DNA of 64,000 bases from Roseibacillus sp. (GTDB taxonomy: Bacteria; Verrucomicrobiota; Verrucomicrobiia; Verrucomicrobiales; Akkermansiaceae), in contig JAYGGC010000278.1 of NCBI GenBank assembly GCA_046581525.1, positions 7,740 to 71,739 of the forward strand, in the 5' to 3' direction. Positions within the stretch are counted from its first letter, which is position 1; each line of letters opens with the position of its first letter. The notes below the pieces were generated by a model, which saw nothing but the letters and a program-made list of their open reading frames with translations, did no database searches and was not told the DNA's origin. Shown one piece after another: positions 18,853-29,194 of the stretch. Both the position numbers and the translations under genes were made by a program.

Positions 18853-19863
18853 ATGCACAGGCAGCTGGCTGCTCTTCTCCTCGGCGCGTCGCTTTCGGCA
18901 ATCGCCGAGGAGCCCATTACCCGGGTCGCTTGTGGCTCTTGCTACAGGCCCGGCAAGGACCTCGGTCTCTGGGAGAAGATCAGCGCCACCAAGCCACAAC
19001 TCTTCCTCTTCATGGGGGACAACGTCTACGCCGACACCGAGGACATGGCGTTGATGCGGACCCGCTACGAGGAGTTGATCACCCACCCGGGGTTCGCCGC
19101 CTTTCGGAAATCCACCACCCTTCTTCCGACTTGGGACGATCACGACTACGGAGCCAACGACGCCGGAGCGGATTATCCAAAGCGCGACTCTTCCCGGGAG
19201 ATCTTCCTCGACGTCTTTGAGTTTCCCGGCGATCACCCGGCCCGCGCAAGCTCCGGTGTCTACCACTCGTGGATCGGTGGGCCTCCCGGCAAACGCCTTC
19301 AGGTCATCCTCCTCGATACTCGCTATTTCCGAAGTCCCCTCGAGAAAGTCAAGATCGAGCGCCGCAGCACTCTTGTCCCGAACACCAAAACCGGCGCAAC
19401 CATGCTGGGCGAGGCACAGTGGAAGTGGCTCGAAGTGGAACTGCACAAGCAAGCCGACCTTCGGCTCATCGTCTCGAGCATCCAGGTCATCACCACCGAA
19501 CACCGATTCGAAAAGTGGTCGAACATCCCCCGCGAGCGAACGCGCCTGATCGCACTCCTCAAGAAGACCGGCACGAAGCGCGTCGTCCTCTTGAGCGGTG
19601 ATCGCCACCTGGCGGAGATCGCGGTGATGACCAGGAAAGAATCCGGCCTTCCCTACGACCTCGTGGACTTCACCTCCAGCGGCATGACTCACGCCGGCGC
19701 GACGGTGGGACCCAACCGGCACCGAGTCGGTCCCTGCTGGACCAAGATCAACTTCGGCACCATCGAGATCAACTGGTCCGGGAAAATTCCCGTCCCCTCC
19801 CTCATCATCCGCAACCAGGACGGCAAACCCATCTACCGGCATCCGGTGACCTTCCCGCGTTGA
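18853..19863 (+). CDS. PhoD-like alkaline phosphatase / metallophosphatase
   Basis: Evidence is a signal peptide, FLFMGDNVYAD, WDDHDYGANDAG and LLSGDRHLAE. Confidence 0.8.
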   Translation: MHRQLAALLLGASLSAIAEEPITRVACGSCYRPGKDLGLWEKISATKPQLFLFMGDNVYADTEDMALMRTRYEELITHPGFAAFRKSTTLLPTWDDHDYGANDAGADYPKRDSSREIFLDVFEFPGDHPARASSGVYHSWIGGPPGKRLQVILLDTRYFRSPLEKVKIERRSTLVPNTKTGATMLGEAQWKWLEVELHKQADLRLIVSSIQVITTEHRFEKWSNIPRERTRLIALLKKTGTKRVVLLSGDRHLAEIAVMTRKESGLPYDLVDFTSSGMTHAGATVGPNRHRVGPCWTKINFGTIEINWSGKIPVPSLIIRNQDGKPIYRHPVTFPR

Positions 19864-19885
19864 CCACTCCGCGGCCACGCTTCCC

Positions 19886-21076
19886 GTGAATCGTCGCTCC
19901 GCCATTCTCACTAGTTCCGCCATCGCGGCAGCCTTCATCGGTCCCGGGACGGTGACCACCTGCGCGAAGGCCGGGGCCCAGCAAGGCATGGCCCTTCTCT
20001 GGGCGCTCGTCTTTTCGATCGTCGCCTGTCTCGTCCTCCAGGAAGCGGCCGCCCGCGTGCAAGTGGTGTCCGGCAAGACCCTCGGGGAAGCCCTGCGCTC
20101 CGGACGATCGGCCGGACCTCGCCCCCTGGCGTGGTTCTCCGCCATCGCAGTGATCGCCGGCTGTGCTGCTTACGAATCGGGAAACATCCTGGGCGGCGTG
20201 GAGGGCTTGAAAATGACCTGGGATCTTCCCCGCCCCGCGCTGGCAGCAACCCTCGCACTCGCGGCCGGTCTTCTCCTCTTCTTTGGTTCCACCCGCGTGG
20301 TGGTTACCGCGCTCTCGATCCTTGTCGGATTCATGGCGCTCATCTTCCTCGGCGCCGCAATCCTGATTGGACCCTCCCTCCGAGAACTCGCCTCGGGATT
20401 CGTTCCGACCATCCCCTCCGGAGCAGCCCTCCTGGCCCTCGCCCTCGTGGGGACCACCGTCGTTCCCTACAATCTCTTCCTCGGTTCCGCCCTCGCCGCT
20501 GGTCACAACCTTCGCGATCTGCGAGTGGGCCTCGCTATCGCCATTATCGGTGGCGGACTCGCCTCCGCCGCCATCATGGTGACCGGAAACGACCTCGGCG
20601 GCGGGGAGTTTTCGTTGCAAGCGGTGTCCACCACCCTCGGCGATCGCATCGCTCCCTGGGCGAGGCAGGCCTTTGCGCTTGGCCTCCTTGGCGCGGGACT
20701 GACATCCGCCATCACCGCTCCGCTCGCTGCGGCCCTCACTGCCAGGTCGGTTTTCGGATCCCCCGATGACAGCGCCCGCTGGTCGGCCCGCTCGTGGCGT
20801 TTCCGCTCCGTTTGGATCGGTACTCTTCTCTTCGGAACTTCCTTCGGGGTCGCCCAGATCAAGCCGGTTCCCGCCATCGTCTTCGCGCAGGCCGCGAACG
20901 GCGTGCTCCTTCCCCTCATCGCGATCGCGCTCTGGCGCCTCGCCAACGATCGAACCCTTCTCGGCACCCAAGTCAACGGTCGCAGAACGAACCTCCTCAC
21001 CGCGGTGATCGTCGGTGTAACATGCCTGCTCGGCGGCGCAGGGATCTGGAAGGCGATTGTCGCCATCTCGTCTTGA
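19886..21076 (+). CDS. Nramp-family divalent metal transporter (MntH-related)
   Basis: It starts at a GTG and is polytopic and hydrophobic. The N-terminus (FIGPGTVTTCAKAGAQQGMALLWALVFS) resembles the Nramp signature region. Confidence 0.75.
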   Translation: MNRRSAILTSSAIAAAFIGPGTVTTCAKAGAQQGMALLWALVFSIVACLVLQEAAARVQVVSGKTLGEALRSGRSAGPRPLAWFSAIAVIAGCAAYESGNILGGVEGLKMTWDLPRPALAATLALAAGLLLFFGSTRVVVTALSILVGFMALIFLGAAILIGPSLRELASGFVPTIPSGAALLALALVGTTVVPYNLFLGSALAAGHNLRDLRVGLAIAIIGGGLASAAIMVTGNDLGGGEFSLQAVSTTLGDRIAPWARQAFALGLLGAGLTSAITAPLAAALTARSVFGSPDDSARWSARSWRFRSVWIGTLLFGTSFGVAQIKPVPAIVFAQAANGVLLPLIAIALWRLANDRTLLGTQVNGRRTNLLTAVIVGVTCLLGGAGIWKAIVAISS

Positions 21077-21495
21077 GCACTTCAGTCACGTGCAGCTTCC
21101 CAGCTCTTGCCGAAGATGGTGATGACCGGTATCTGCGTATCGATGGGTCACTATTCCTCCGCGCTCCCTCGCCCTGTGAACTGGCGCACGATGCCTCTTG
21201 GGTCTCACAATCTCAGTAGCAATGGCGAGGAGCATTGTCCTTACCGCGCTTGCTCGAGAATCCGGTAATAACCGCTCTCCTCCGTCGCGGAGGCGCGGTC
21301 CTCCCTTATCGATCCAGGTCGCCAATGCGTCAACTTCGGAAATTGCTCTCCGCGCTTTCCAAGTTCCGGTCAATTCAGAACCCGTATGCACGATGTCGGT
21401 CCCACCTTCCTCGGCTTGCCACTGGAGCCGCCGCAATCCTTCCGCCATCGCTCCCGGACCCACTGAAGTAGCTCGAAGAGACCGCGTTCAAAAAT

Positions 21496-22914
21496 CTACG
21501 CGAAGATGTCCTTGGCCACTTCCCCGTGCACGTCGGTGAGGCGGAAGTCGCGACCGGCGTAGAGGAAGGTGAGCTTTTCGTGGTCCAATCCGAGCAGGTG
21601 CAGGATGGTGGCATGCCAGTCGTGAATGTGCATCTTGTCCTCCACCGCTTCGTAACCGTGCGCATCGGTGGCGCCATACTTGAAGCCGCCCTTCACGCCA
21701 CCCCCGGCCATCCAGGTCGTGTAACCCTTGTTGTTGTGATCGCGACCGTCGCCGTTTTGTCCGTGCGGCGTGCGTCCAAACTCGCCGGCCCAGATCACCA
21801 GGGTATCCTTGAGCATGTCTCGCTGTTTCAAATCGGCGAGAAGACCGGCGATCGGCCTGTCGATCTCATTGCAGCGCGCGGGCAAGTCGTTGGTGATGTT
21901 GCGGTGGTGATCCCAGTTGCTGTGGGAGAGTTCCACGAAACGCACTCCCGCCTCCACGAAGCGTCTCGCAAGGAGACACTGCCGGCCAAAGCGATCGGTC
22001 TCGCTTCCATCGATGCCGTAGAGTTCGAGGGTCTTCCTGGACTCGCTGTCGATGTCCATCAACTCCGGAACTTCAGCCTGCATGCGGAAGGCCAGCTCGA
22101 AGGACTCGATCACGCCTTCCACCTCGGGGTGGTGAACGTCGCGCTCCAGTTTGGCGCGGTTCAAGGACTGCACGAAGTCCAGTTGCATGCGCTGGAGTTC
22201 GTTATCGAGCTTGGGATTCTTGATGTTTGGAATCCTGGGCTTTTGGGGGCCGCGGGGGCGTCGTCCACCGCCGCCACGACTGCCCGAGCCGAAACGCGCG
22301 GCCTGATAGATGGCGGGGAGAAAGGCGCTCCCGAAGTGCTGGGCTGCTCCGTTGGGCGGATTGAGCGCCACGAACCCGGGCAGGTTGGCATTCTCGGTGC
22401 CGAGTCCGTAAAGACTCCACGCTCCCAGCGACGGTCGCACAAACTGGGAATTCCCGGTGTGCATCATTACCTGCGCGGGCGGGTGATTCGGCACGTTGGT
22501 GTGCATCCCGCTCAGGATGCAAAGGTCGTCAGCGTGCGTCGCGATCTCCGGCATCAGTTCCGAAATCCACAGTCCGCTCTCGCCGTGCTGTGAGAACTCC
22601 CAGGGCGAACCCATCAACCTGCTGCTCCGTCCCCGGCCATATTTGCCGGACTTGCCATCGTCCTTCTGAAGCTGCGGCTTGTAGTCGAAGGTATCGACGT
22701 GGGAAGGCGCCCCTCGCATCGAGAGGAAAATGACGCGCTTCGCCCGCGGCGTGAAGTGAGGTTCCTTCGGCGCAAGTGGATTGGTTTTCACACCCACCGC
22801 CCCGGCGGCACGGGCCTGTTGGTCTGCCAACGCGGCAAAGGCGAGGTAGCCAAAACCGCTCGAGATCGACTTGAGAGCCCTGCGGCGAGAGATGAGATGT
22901 TCAACGTTGGTCAT
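21496..22914 (-). CDS. DUF1501 domain protein (sulfatase-like fold, Tat signal)
   Basis: The Tat motif is SRRRALKSISSGFGYLAFAAL. Characteristic blocks are RAKRVIFLSMRGAPSHVDTFDYKP and RDHNNKGYTTWMAGGGVKGG. Confidence 0.9.
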   Translation of the reverse strand: MTNVEHLISRRRALKSISSGFGYLAFAALADQQARAAGAVGVKTNPLAPKEPHFTPRAKRVIFLSMRGAPSHVDTFDYKPQLQKDDGKSGKYGRGRSSRLMGSPWEFSQHGESGLWISELMPEIATHADDLCILSGMHTNVPNHPPAQVMMHTGNSQFVRPSLGAWSLYGLGTENANLPGFVALNPPNGAAQHFGSAFLPAIYQAARFGSGSRGGGGRRPRGPQKPRIPNIKNPKLDNELQRMQLDFVQSLNRAKLERDVHHPEVEGVIESFELAFRMQAEVPELMDIDSESRKTLELYGIDGSETDRFGRQCLLARRFVEAGVRFVELSHSNWDHHRNITNDLPARCNEIDRPIAGLLADLKQRDMLKDTLVIWAGEFGRTPHGQNGDGRDHNNKGYTTWMAGGGVKGGFKYGATDAHGYEAVEDKMHIHDWHATILHLLGLDHEKLTFLYAGRDFRLTDVHGEVAKDIFA

Positions 22915-22934
22915 CGAAAATCGGGAGTAATGGA

Positions 22935-25403
22935 CTAGTTCAAGAAGCGAAACTCGGCGGAGGCCAGCAGGCCCTGGCAGAACGAACTGAGGGCGAGGTA
23001 GCCCGCGCGCTCACGGCTTTCTCCCTTCTTCTGGGCCGCCGCCATGAAGCTCCACAGAAAGCTCGTCGAGTTTTCCAGTTCATCCTTCGTGGCGAGCCGG
23101 CCGTAACAAATCTTGAAGGCCAGCGAGAGACGCTCCCTGGGAGTCTCGGCCTCGCCGAACAGGCGCCGCGCCATGGCGTCGCTCTGCTGCAGTACAAACA
23201 GGTTGTTCATGAGATAGAGGGCCTGGCCCGGCACGTTGCTCGACTCGCGCGCTCCGGTCACCATGTTCGGATCGGACGGATCGAAGAGCGCCAGTGATTC
23301 CGGAAGTGAGTCCCGCACGAATGGAAGATACACGGAGCGATAGGTGGTGGGCCGATTGAAGGTCTCCGGGCTCATGCGGCGACCGATGCCGGAATCTCCA
23401 CTCTGCGCCACGATCGATCCGTGGGGTCGCACAAGATCCATCTTGCCACTCGCCACCAGCATCGCGTCGCGCAACGCCTCCGCATCAAGTCGCCGCGGGG
23501 TGGCCCGCCAGAGCAGCGCGTTGTCGGGATCCTTGGTGTAGGCCACCTTGTTGAATTCCGAGCTCATGTGGTAAGTCCGCGTCATCACAAGCTCACGGAT
23601 CATGGTCTTCACCGACCAACCCTCTTCCATGAAACGCAACGCCAGGTAGTCCAGGAGCTCCGCGTGACTCGGGGCCTGACCGGTCGTCCCGAAGTTGTTC
23701 AAGGACGTCACAATCCCCTGTCCAAAGATCTTTTGCCAGATCCGGTTCACCATCACGCGGGCGGTGAGCGGATTCTCTTCGGAAGTGAGCCACTGAGCGA
23801 GCTCAAGCCGGCCGCTCCCGTCGTCCGGAAGGGAACTCGGCGTGCCGGGGTGATGAAGCACTTGCAAAAAGCCACGCTCCACTTTCTGAGCCGGCTTATC
23901 CAATTCGCCGCGGACCAGCACGGTTGGCTGAACCGGTCGCGAATAGTCCTGCACACCCATGGTGAGGGATTTCGAAGATCCATCGGAGTTGATTCCATTC
24001 AGGCGGGCCCGAAGTTGGGCGAGGGTGGTGCGAAGCCGCAGGATTTGTTGCTGGTTGCTTGGCGCTCCCTGCGCTCCCTGGGTGCGACTGCGGCGACTCT
24101 GCGCCTGGAGCTCCGCCATCCGGTCTTGCGAGTCGGCCAGGCGATTTCGCATCGACTCCATCTCCCGCGTGGAAACAGTCTTCAATGGGGTCTCGTCCGC
24201 GATCGGCAACTCCAGCAGCTTCGTCCCGCGACGATTCACGATCACGTTGACTGTCCCGAAGTAGGTCCTCGTGCTCTGGAAGATTCCCGAGAGCGCATAG
24301 TAGTCCGCGGTCGGGATGGGATCAAACTTGTGGTCGTGGCACCGCGCACAGGAAACGGTGAGACCGAGAATTGCCTGGGTGGTCGCATCGATCTGCTCGT
24401 CCGCCAGATCGATGGCGAACTGCCGCGGGTTGCGCTCATTCAGCCCCTTGGGACCGATCGCCAGGAAGCCGGTCGCGATGAGGTTTTCCTGCCACTCCTC
24501 GTCGCTCTCGATCTTCAGCAGGTCCCCCGCGATCTGCTCCCGCACAAAACGATTGTAGGGCTTGTCCTTGTTGAAGGAATCGATCACGTAGTCGCGATAG
24601 CGCCAGGCGTGCGGAAGGGACATATTGACCTCCTTGCCGGTCGATTCCGCGTAGCGCGCGACGTCCAGCCAGTGCCGGCCCCAGCGCTCGCCAAATTGTG
24701 GACGGGCGAGGAGCTCGTTGACCTTGGCGCGATAGGCCGCCTCCGCGTCCTTGCGCCAGGCAACTCCATAGGCCTCGATTTCCTCCACGGTGGGCGGCAG
24801 GCCGATCAGATCGAAGTAGAGGCGCCGCAGAAGAACATCCGGGCCGGCATCCCGCGCGGGCGACAACTCGTTTTCATCCAACCGGGCGAGGATAAACCGG
24901 TCGACGTCCGACTTGCTCCACTCAGGATCCATCACCTCGGGCGGGGCGACTTGCACCGGCTTCTGGAAGGACCAGAACTTGCGGCCTTCCTCGATGTCGA
25001 TCTCCGTCTTGACCACCAGTTTCTCCGCCACGCGCGGATCCGGTGCGCCCATCTCGATCCACTTCTTGAAGTCTGCGATCACACTCGCCGGCAGCTTCCG
25101 CTTCGGCGGCATTTCGTAATCTTCGTCCGCCCAATTGATGGCGGTCCACAAGAGGCTCTCATCCGGTTTGCCCGGGACGATCACTTCTCCCGAGTCTCCC
25201 CCATGGCGCAGCCCGGCACGAGTGTCGAGTTGCAGCCCTCCCTTGATCTTCTCGTCCGCAGAGTGGCACTTGTAGCAATGTTCCGCAAAGGCAGGACGGA
25301 TCTTCGCTTCGAAGAAGTTGATCTGCTCGCTGCTCAGCTCGTCTTCGCCAATTGCGAGCGGGGCTGCGAGCAGCAGGAGGGCACTGGTGGATCTCAGGTT
25401 CAT
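22935..25403 (-). CDS. PSCyt (planctomycete cytochrome c) / DUF1549 / DUF1553 protein
   Basis: It has a signal peptide and a CYKCHSADEKIKGGLQLD haem-binding-like motif. CARCHDHKFDPI is the DUF1549/1553 hallmark. It lies directly upstream of the DUF1501 partner. Confidence 0.9.
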   Translation of the reverse strand: MNLRSTSALLLLAAPLAIGEDELSSEQINFFEAKIRPAFAEHCYKCHSADEKIKGGLQLDTRAGLRHGGDSGEVIVPGKPDESLLWTAINWADEDYEMPPKRKLPASVIADFKKWIEMGAPDPRVAEKLVVKTEIDIEEGRKFWSFQKPVQVAPPEVMDPEWSKSDVDRFILARLDENELSPARDAGPDVLLRRLYFDLIGLPPTVEEIEAYGVAWRKDAEAAYRAKVNELLARPQFGERWGRHWLDVARYAESTGKEVNMSLPHAWRYRDYVIDSFNKDKPYNRFVREQIAGDLLKIESDEEWQENLIATGFLAIGPKGLNERNPRQFAIDLADEQIDATTQAILGLTVSCARCHDHKFDPIPTADYYALSGIFQSTRTYFGTVNVIVNRRGTKLLELPIADETPLKTVSTREMESMRNRLADSQDRMAELQAQSRRSRTQGAQGAPSNQQQILRLRTTLAQLRARLNGINSDGSSKSLTMGVQDYSRPVQPTVLVRGELDKPAQKVERGFLQVLHHPGTPSSLPDDGSGRLELAQWLTSEENPLTARVMVNRIWQKIFGQGIVTSLNNFGTTGQAPSHAELLDYLALRFMEEGWSVKTMIRELVMTRTYHMSSEFNKVAYTKDPDNALLWRATPRRLDAEALRDAMLVASGKMDLVRPHGSIVAQSGDSGIGRRMSPETFNRPTTYRSVYLPFVRDSLPESLALFDPSDPNMVTGARESSNVPGQALYLMNNLFVLQQSDAMARRLFGEAETPRERLSLAFKICYGRLATKDELENSTSFLWSFMAAAQKKGESRERAGYLALSSFCQGLLASAEFRFLN

Positions 25404-25436
25404 TGATGTTTTCTCTAACCGAAATCCTTTCGAACT

Positions 25437-26018
25437 CTATTCGTCCTTCGGAGCCGGACGCTTCGGCTTGTCGGTTTCTCCCGTACCCCCGCTGCGGTCG
25501 GGGCGATCGGAACGACCACCGGGCCGACCAGGTTGATCGGGACGACGCTGACCGCCTTGCTGGAATCGCTCGCGAATCATCTTGATGAAGGCGTCCTGCT
25601 CGGCCTTGTCGAAGAAGCCGTCCCCGTTCTTGTCCATTTGGTCAAAACGCTCCTTCATACGGTCGGGTGCTTCCTCCTTGCTGATCTTCCCGTCCCCGTC
25701 CTTGTCCAACTCCGAGAAATTCGGCATTCCGCGACGCTGACCACCACCTTGCCCTGGAGCTCCACCCGGACGACCGGTGCCGGATGGCCCGCCGAGTTCC
25801 TCGCGGGTGATCTCCCCGTCCTTGTTGCGGTCGAGTTTGCGGAGTGACGCGACCGCCAAATCAATTTCTCCAGGCTCCAGTTTGCCATTCCCGTTGAGGT
25901 CGAGGGCCCCTAGCAATCCCGACCCACCTCGTCGGTCACTCTGGGCCATGACCGGCGTGGCCAGCCCCGTCAGAACGCTCGCCAAGGCAAGCCAGCTCAA
26001 GTATTTCGTCGCTTTCAT
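25437..26018 (-). CDS. Secreted protein with four EF-hand calcium-binding loops
   Basis: The ATG at 26018 gives a signal peptide ([25 protein letters not shown]). The loops are [36 protein letters not shown] and [12 protein letters not shown]. It is 33 nt upstream of the PSCyt gene on the same strand. Confidence 0.8.
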   Translation of the reverse strand: MKATKYLSWLALASVLTGLATPVMAQSDRRGGSGLLGALDLNGNGKLEPGEIDLAVASLRKLDRNKDGEITREELGGPSGTGRPGGAPGQGGGQRRGMPNFSELDKDGDGKISKEEAPDRMKERFDQMDKNGDGFFDKAEQDAFIKMIRERFQQGGQRRPDQPGRPGGRSDRPDRSGGTGETDKPKRPAPKDE

Positions 26019-26210
26019 CGCATTATCTATTGTCAGTTTCGACCACCGAGGGTCCTTCTGGACAATAGAACCCCACCTGCCCGCAATAGTCGCGATCATT
26101 CTTGCAAGGGGACCTGGAAATCCCGGCCCTCACCACCTCTCGTCGGAACGGCGCCCGCTTGAGGCTCGTCCTCGTCCTTCGTCCCTCCTCCTCGCACCAC
26201 CTTGCAGCAT

Positions 26211-26300
26211 CCGACCTCCCGTCTGCGCTGCGCTGCTCCGTGGCAAGCCGACCTCCCGTCTGCGCGGTGCGGCGCCGCGGCAAGCCGACTTGCGACCTCC
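26211..26300. repeat. Repeat array with 37-nt period and CCGACCTCC core, just downstream of the hybrid kinase stop
   Basis: ccgacctcccgtctgcgc occurs at 26211-26228 and 26248-26265, with a partial third unit from 26285. The segment 26211-26255 matches 59014-59058 at about 40 of 45 positions by hand alignment. Confidence 0.65.
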
Positions 26301-26301
26301 T

Positions 26302-28704
26302 CTAGACGGCCATTCCCGCCAGCGCCGCCGCGATCTCCTCGCACAGGCGTTCCGGCTCGATCGGCTTCGGCATGTAATGGTCCATTCCACTCTCAAGGCA
26401 CTTCTCTTCCGCGCACTTTCCCGTGTGCCCGGTAAGCCCGATAATGTAGGGAGACTTCCCGCCAACGGTGAGCTCCCTGATCGCCTGGGTCGCGGCATAT
26501 CCGTCGACCACCGGCATGCTGCAATCCATCAAGACCACATCATAATCGCCTCGCTGCATCGCTTCGATGGCTTGCTGCCCATTCTCCACCAGATCATGCC
26601 GAAAGCCGGCCTTGCGCAAGAGGAGGGACATGTATTTGCGGTTCATCGGGTCATCTTCGGCCACCAGCAGGCGCGCCTTTGCCTCCGCCGGTGTTCGCTG
26701 CTGCCTCCGCATTGCGGACTTGGCCCCGGCTACTCTCTTATCCCCGCGCATCCCGGACCCGGCGAGGATCCCCGTGGCAACATCAAAGAGCGCCTGCTTG
26801 ATGATCGGCTTGGTGGCCACCGCAGCAAACAAGCCCTCCGGCGCGTCTTCCATGCCCAGCCCCGGCGCCACCGAGGTGAGCAACACGATCGGGATGTCCC
26901 GCACTTTGGGGAGCTTCTTCAGGCACCTCGCCAATTTGTGGCCATCCATCCCCGGCATCTGGTAATCGGACAGGATAAGGTCGAAGCTGCTGTCCCGCTG
27001 CAGGATCTCAATTGCTTCCTTCCCAAGTGTCACCGCCACGGCAGAGCAACCCCACGACTCAAACTGACGCGTGAGAATCTCCCGGTTGATCGCGTGGTCA
27101 TCGACAATGAGCACCCGCTTCGATTCCAAGGCCGGACTCCCCGTGCAATCTTCCCCCGGTTGGATTTCTGCGATCGGAAACCAGGCTTCCACGATGAAAC
27201 GACTGCCCTTTCCCAACGTACTTTCCACCTCGATCGAGCCGCCCATCAAATTCACCAACTTCTTCGTGATCGACAGCCCCAATCCGGTCCCGGTGTGCAC
27301 CCTGGTGGCGGAGCCATCGGCCTGACGGAAGGCTTCAAAAATCAATTCCTGCTTCTCCTTCGCGATTCCGATTCCCGTGTCACACACGGAAAACTCCAGG
27401 TGAGCTCCCCGCTCTCCGGTCTCCAGATTGCGAACCCGCACCGAGACTTCTCCTTCCCCCGTGAACTTGCCCGCATTGCTGAGCAGATTGGTGAGCACTT
27501 GCTTCAAGCGGACGGGATCCCCGCAGATGCGCGCCGGCACGCCACTCTCCATCACAAATCCCAAGGCCACTTCACTGGCATCCACTTTTGGCGCCACCAC
27601 CAGGATCGACTCTTCCAGCACGCCTTCGAGTTCGAACTCAATGACCTTCAACTTGACGTGGTCCGCTTCGATCTTTGAGAAATCGAGCAAGTCGTTGATC
27701 ACCGCGAGCAGGGTCTTCGCGGAACTTCGCATGATCGTCGCCATCGTGGTCTGGTCACGATCCAGCTTCGTATCGACCAGCAATTCGCTCATCCCAATCA
27801 CCCCGTTGAGCGGAGTCCGCATCTCGTGGCTCACGTTGGCAAGGAACTCCGACTTGAGCCTCGAGGCATCCAGCGCTTCATCGCGGGCCTGCTCCAACTC
27901 GATGTTAACGGTCTCAAAATACTCGTAGCCCGCCTTGAGACTACCAGCCATCTTGTTGAGCGCCCCTTGCAGTTGCACGATATCCGTGGAAGACGACGGG
28001 GCCGCACGCTGCACAAATTTCCCGCCCGCGATCTTGTCAGCTTGCTTGACGATCGAAAGCAGGGGCCGGTTCACCCAGCGGTTGATCGAGAGCACCAGCA
28101 CGAGGAAGGCCAATACCGTGGCGCCTGCAATTGAGAGGGTGGTGATCGCGATATTGCGCACTTTCAACATCTCCATCCTGGCTTGCATCGACTGACGATC
28201 GGCGGAGAGCATCTGCACGATGTGATCGAACGTCAGCATCGCCGCGGTCGCATCCTTGTTGACCAATTCCATCGCCCGCTCTTCGGCACCCGGTGCTCCG
28301 GTCCGAAGATCGGCGAGCGCTTCCCGGTAGTCCTCTCCCATCTGATCGTGCACCTTCAGAAAATGAGCGGCGAGCTTTGAAGCCTTGGAGTCGGCCGGTA
28401 GCCCCCCGATCACGAGGGCAAGACGGCGGCGGGTCTCGGTCTCCGCCCGTGCAAAACTCGCCCATCTCCAATGCCATTCCCCCTCATCGTGCCCCACCGC
28501 GACCAAGCTCTGCCACTCCTTCATCTGGTAGGTGAGACTCACCTGCACCGACACCGCATGCACTTCGGACTCCGAAACCTGGAGATGCTGCGCGAGGAGC
28601 CGGGCGTGGAGACGCTCCAGCGACGTGAACGCCAGCCACCCGATGCCAAGCATCATGGTGAGGAATAAACAGGAGAGTAAAAGAAAGCGGAACCGCAGAC
28701 TCAT
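26302..28704 (-). CDS. Hybrid sensor histidine kinase (TM, HAMP-like, HisKA, HATPase, two receiver domains)
   Basis: Motifs include [27 protein letters not shown]...GTGLGLSI, and two REC blocks ([14 protein letters not shown]...[14 protein letters not shown] and [14 protein letters not shown]...[14 protein letters not shown]). Confidence 0.9.
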   Translation of the reverse strand: MSLRFRFLLLSCLFLTMMLGIGWLAFTSLERLHARLLAQHLQVSESEVHAVSVQVSLTYQMKEWQSLVAVGHDEGEWHWRWASFARAETETRRRLALVIGGLPADSKASKLAAHFLKVHDQMGEDYREALADLRTGAPGAEERAMELVNKDATAAMLTFDHIVQMLSADRQSMQARMEMLKVRNIAITTLSIAGATVLAFLVLVLSINRWVNRPLLSIVKQADKIAGGKFVQRAAPSSSTDIVQLQGALNKMAGSLKAGYEYFETVNIELEQARDEALDASRLKSEFLANVSHEMRTPLNGVIGMSELLVDTKLDRDQTTMATIMRSSAKTLLAVINDLLDFSKIEADHVKLKVIEFELEGVLEESILVVAPKVDASEVALGFVMESGVPARICGDPVRLKQVLTNLLSNAGKFTGEGEVSVRVRNLETGERGAHLEFSVCDTGIGIAKEKQELIFEAFRQADGSATRVHTGTGLGLSITKKLVNLMGGSIEVESTLGKGSRFIVEAWFPIAEIQPGEDCTGSPALESKRVLIVDDHAINREILTRQFESWGCSAVAVTLGKEAIEILQRDSSFDLILSDYQMPGMDGHKLARCLKKLPKVRDIPIVLLTSVAPGLGMEDAPEGLFAAVATKPIIKQALFDVATGILAGSGMRGDKRVAGAKSAMRRQQRTPAEAKARLLVAEDDPMNRKYMSLLLRKAGFRHDLVENGQQAIEAMQRGDYDVVLMDCSMPVVDGYAATQAIRELTVGGKSPYIIGLTGHTGKCAEEKCLESGMDHYMPKPIEPERLCEEIAAALAGMAV

Positions 28705-29194
28705 GGGAGAAGGGGGGCCCCCGAAATATCGGGCAGAGTGTTGTAAAGCCCTAGATATGTTAACCGATCAAAAAAATAACAAAACCCTAATAATGAACCT
28801 GGTCTTTTTTATCCCATCGTCAACCAAACGAAGCCGATAGAGATTCGGCGCCTGAATTCCAGAATTCGTGCGAATACCTAGTCGATTTTGCCAAATTCTC
28901 CGTCCCTCGTCTCTTGAAACGGGTGGGCCCAGAGCCCCATTCGATCGCTTCCTTCCCTCACCTTGATCACGATCTTCGCTGATTTCTCCCTCGGTGGCCC
29001 CCTCCTGGTTGAAAGTGCTGCCGATACGCTCGGGCATGACTATGCCAATCCCCAAGGGCCTCCCTCGCCTTCCAGGTATCGGCCCGATGACAAGGATGGA
29101 CCCCACGCGACGGTGATCATCCAGCCCTCAGGGCACCGGGAGATTCTCCCTCCCGGGCTTGTTCCCCTTTCCGGCAAACCCATGGTGGTGCCCG

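Noticed and set aside
21077-21495. A 420-bp gap lies between the convergent Nramp and DUF1501 genes. It contains a 125-aa reverse ORF (21086-21463) and several shorter frames.
   Set aside because: The ORF has poor third-position GC compared with real genes here, no recognisable motifs, and no start-site context. No RNA-gene signature was seen. It is probably non-coding or a fully decayed remnant, and I cannot support a call.
28705-29194. A 490-bp gap upstream of the hybrid kinase has ORFs at 28768-29106 (-) and 28963-29235 (+), a GAATTCCAGAATTC motif and an A-rich tract.
   Set aside because: The ORF translations are not protein-like, and I could not support a conserved RNA structure. It is most simply a long promoter or leader region.
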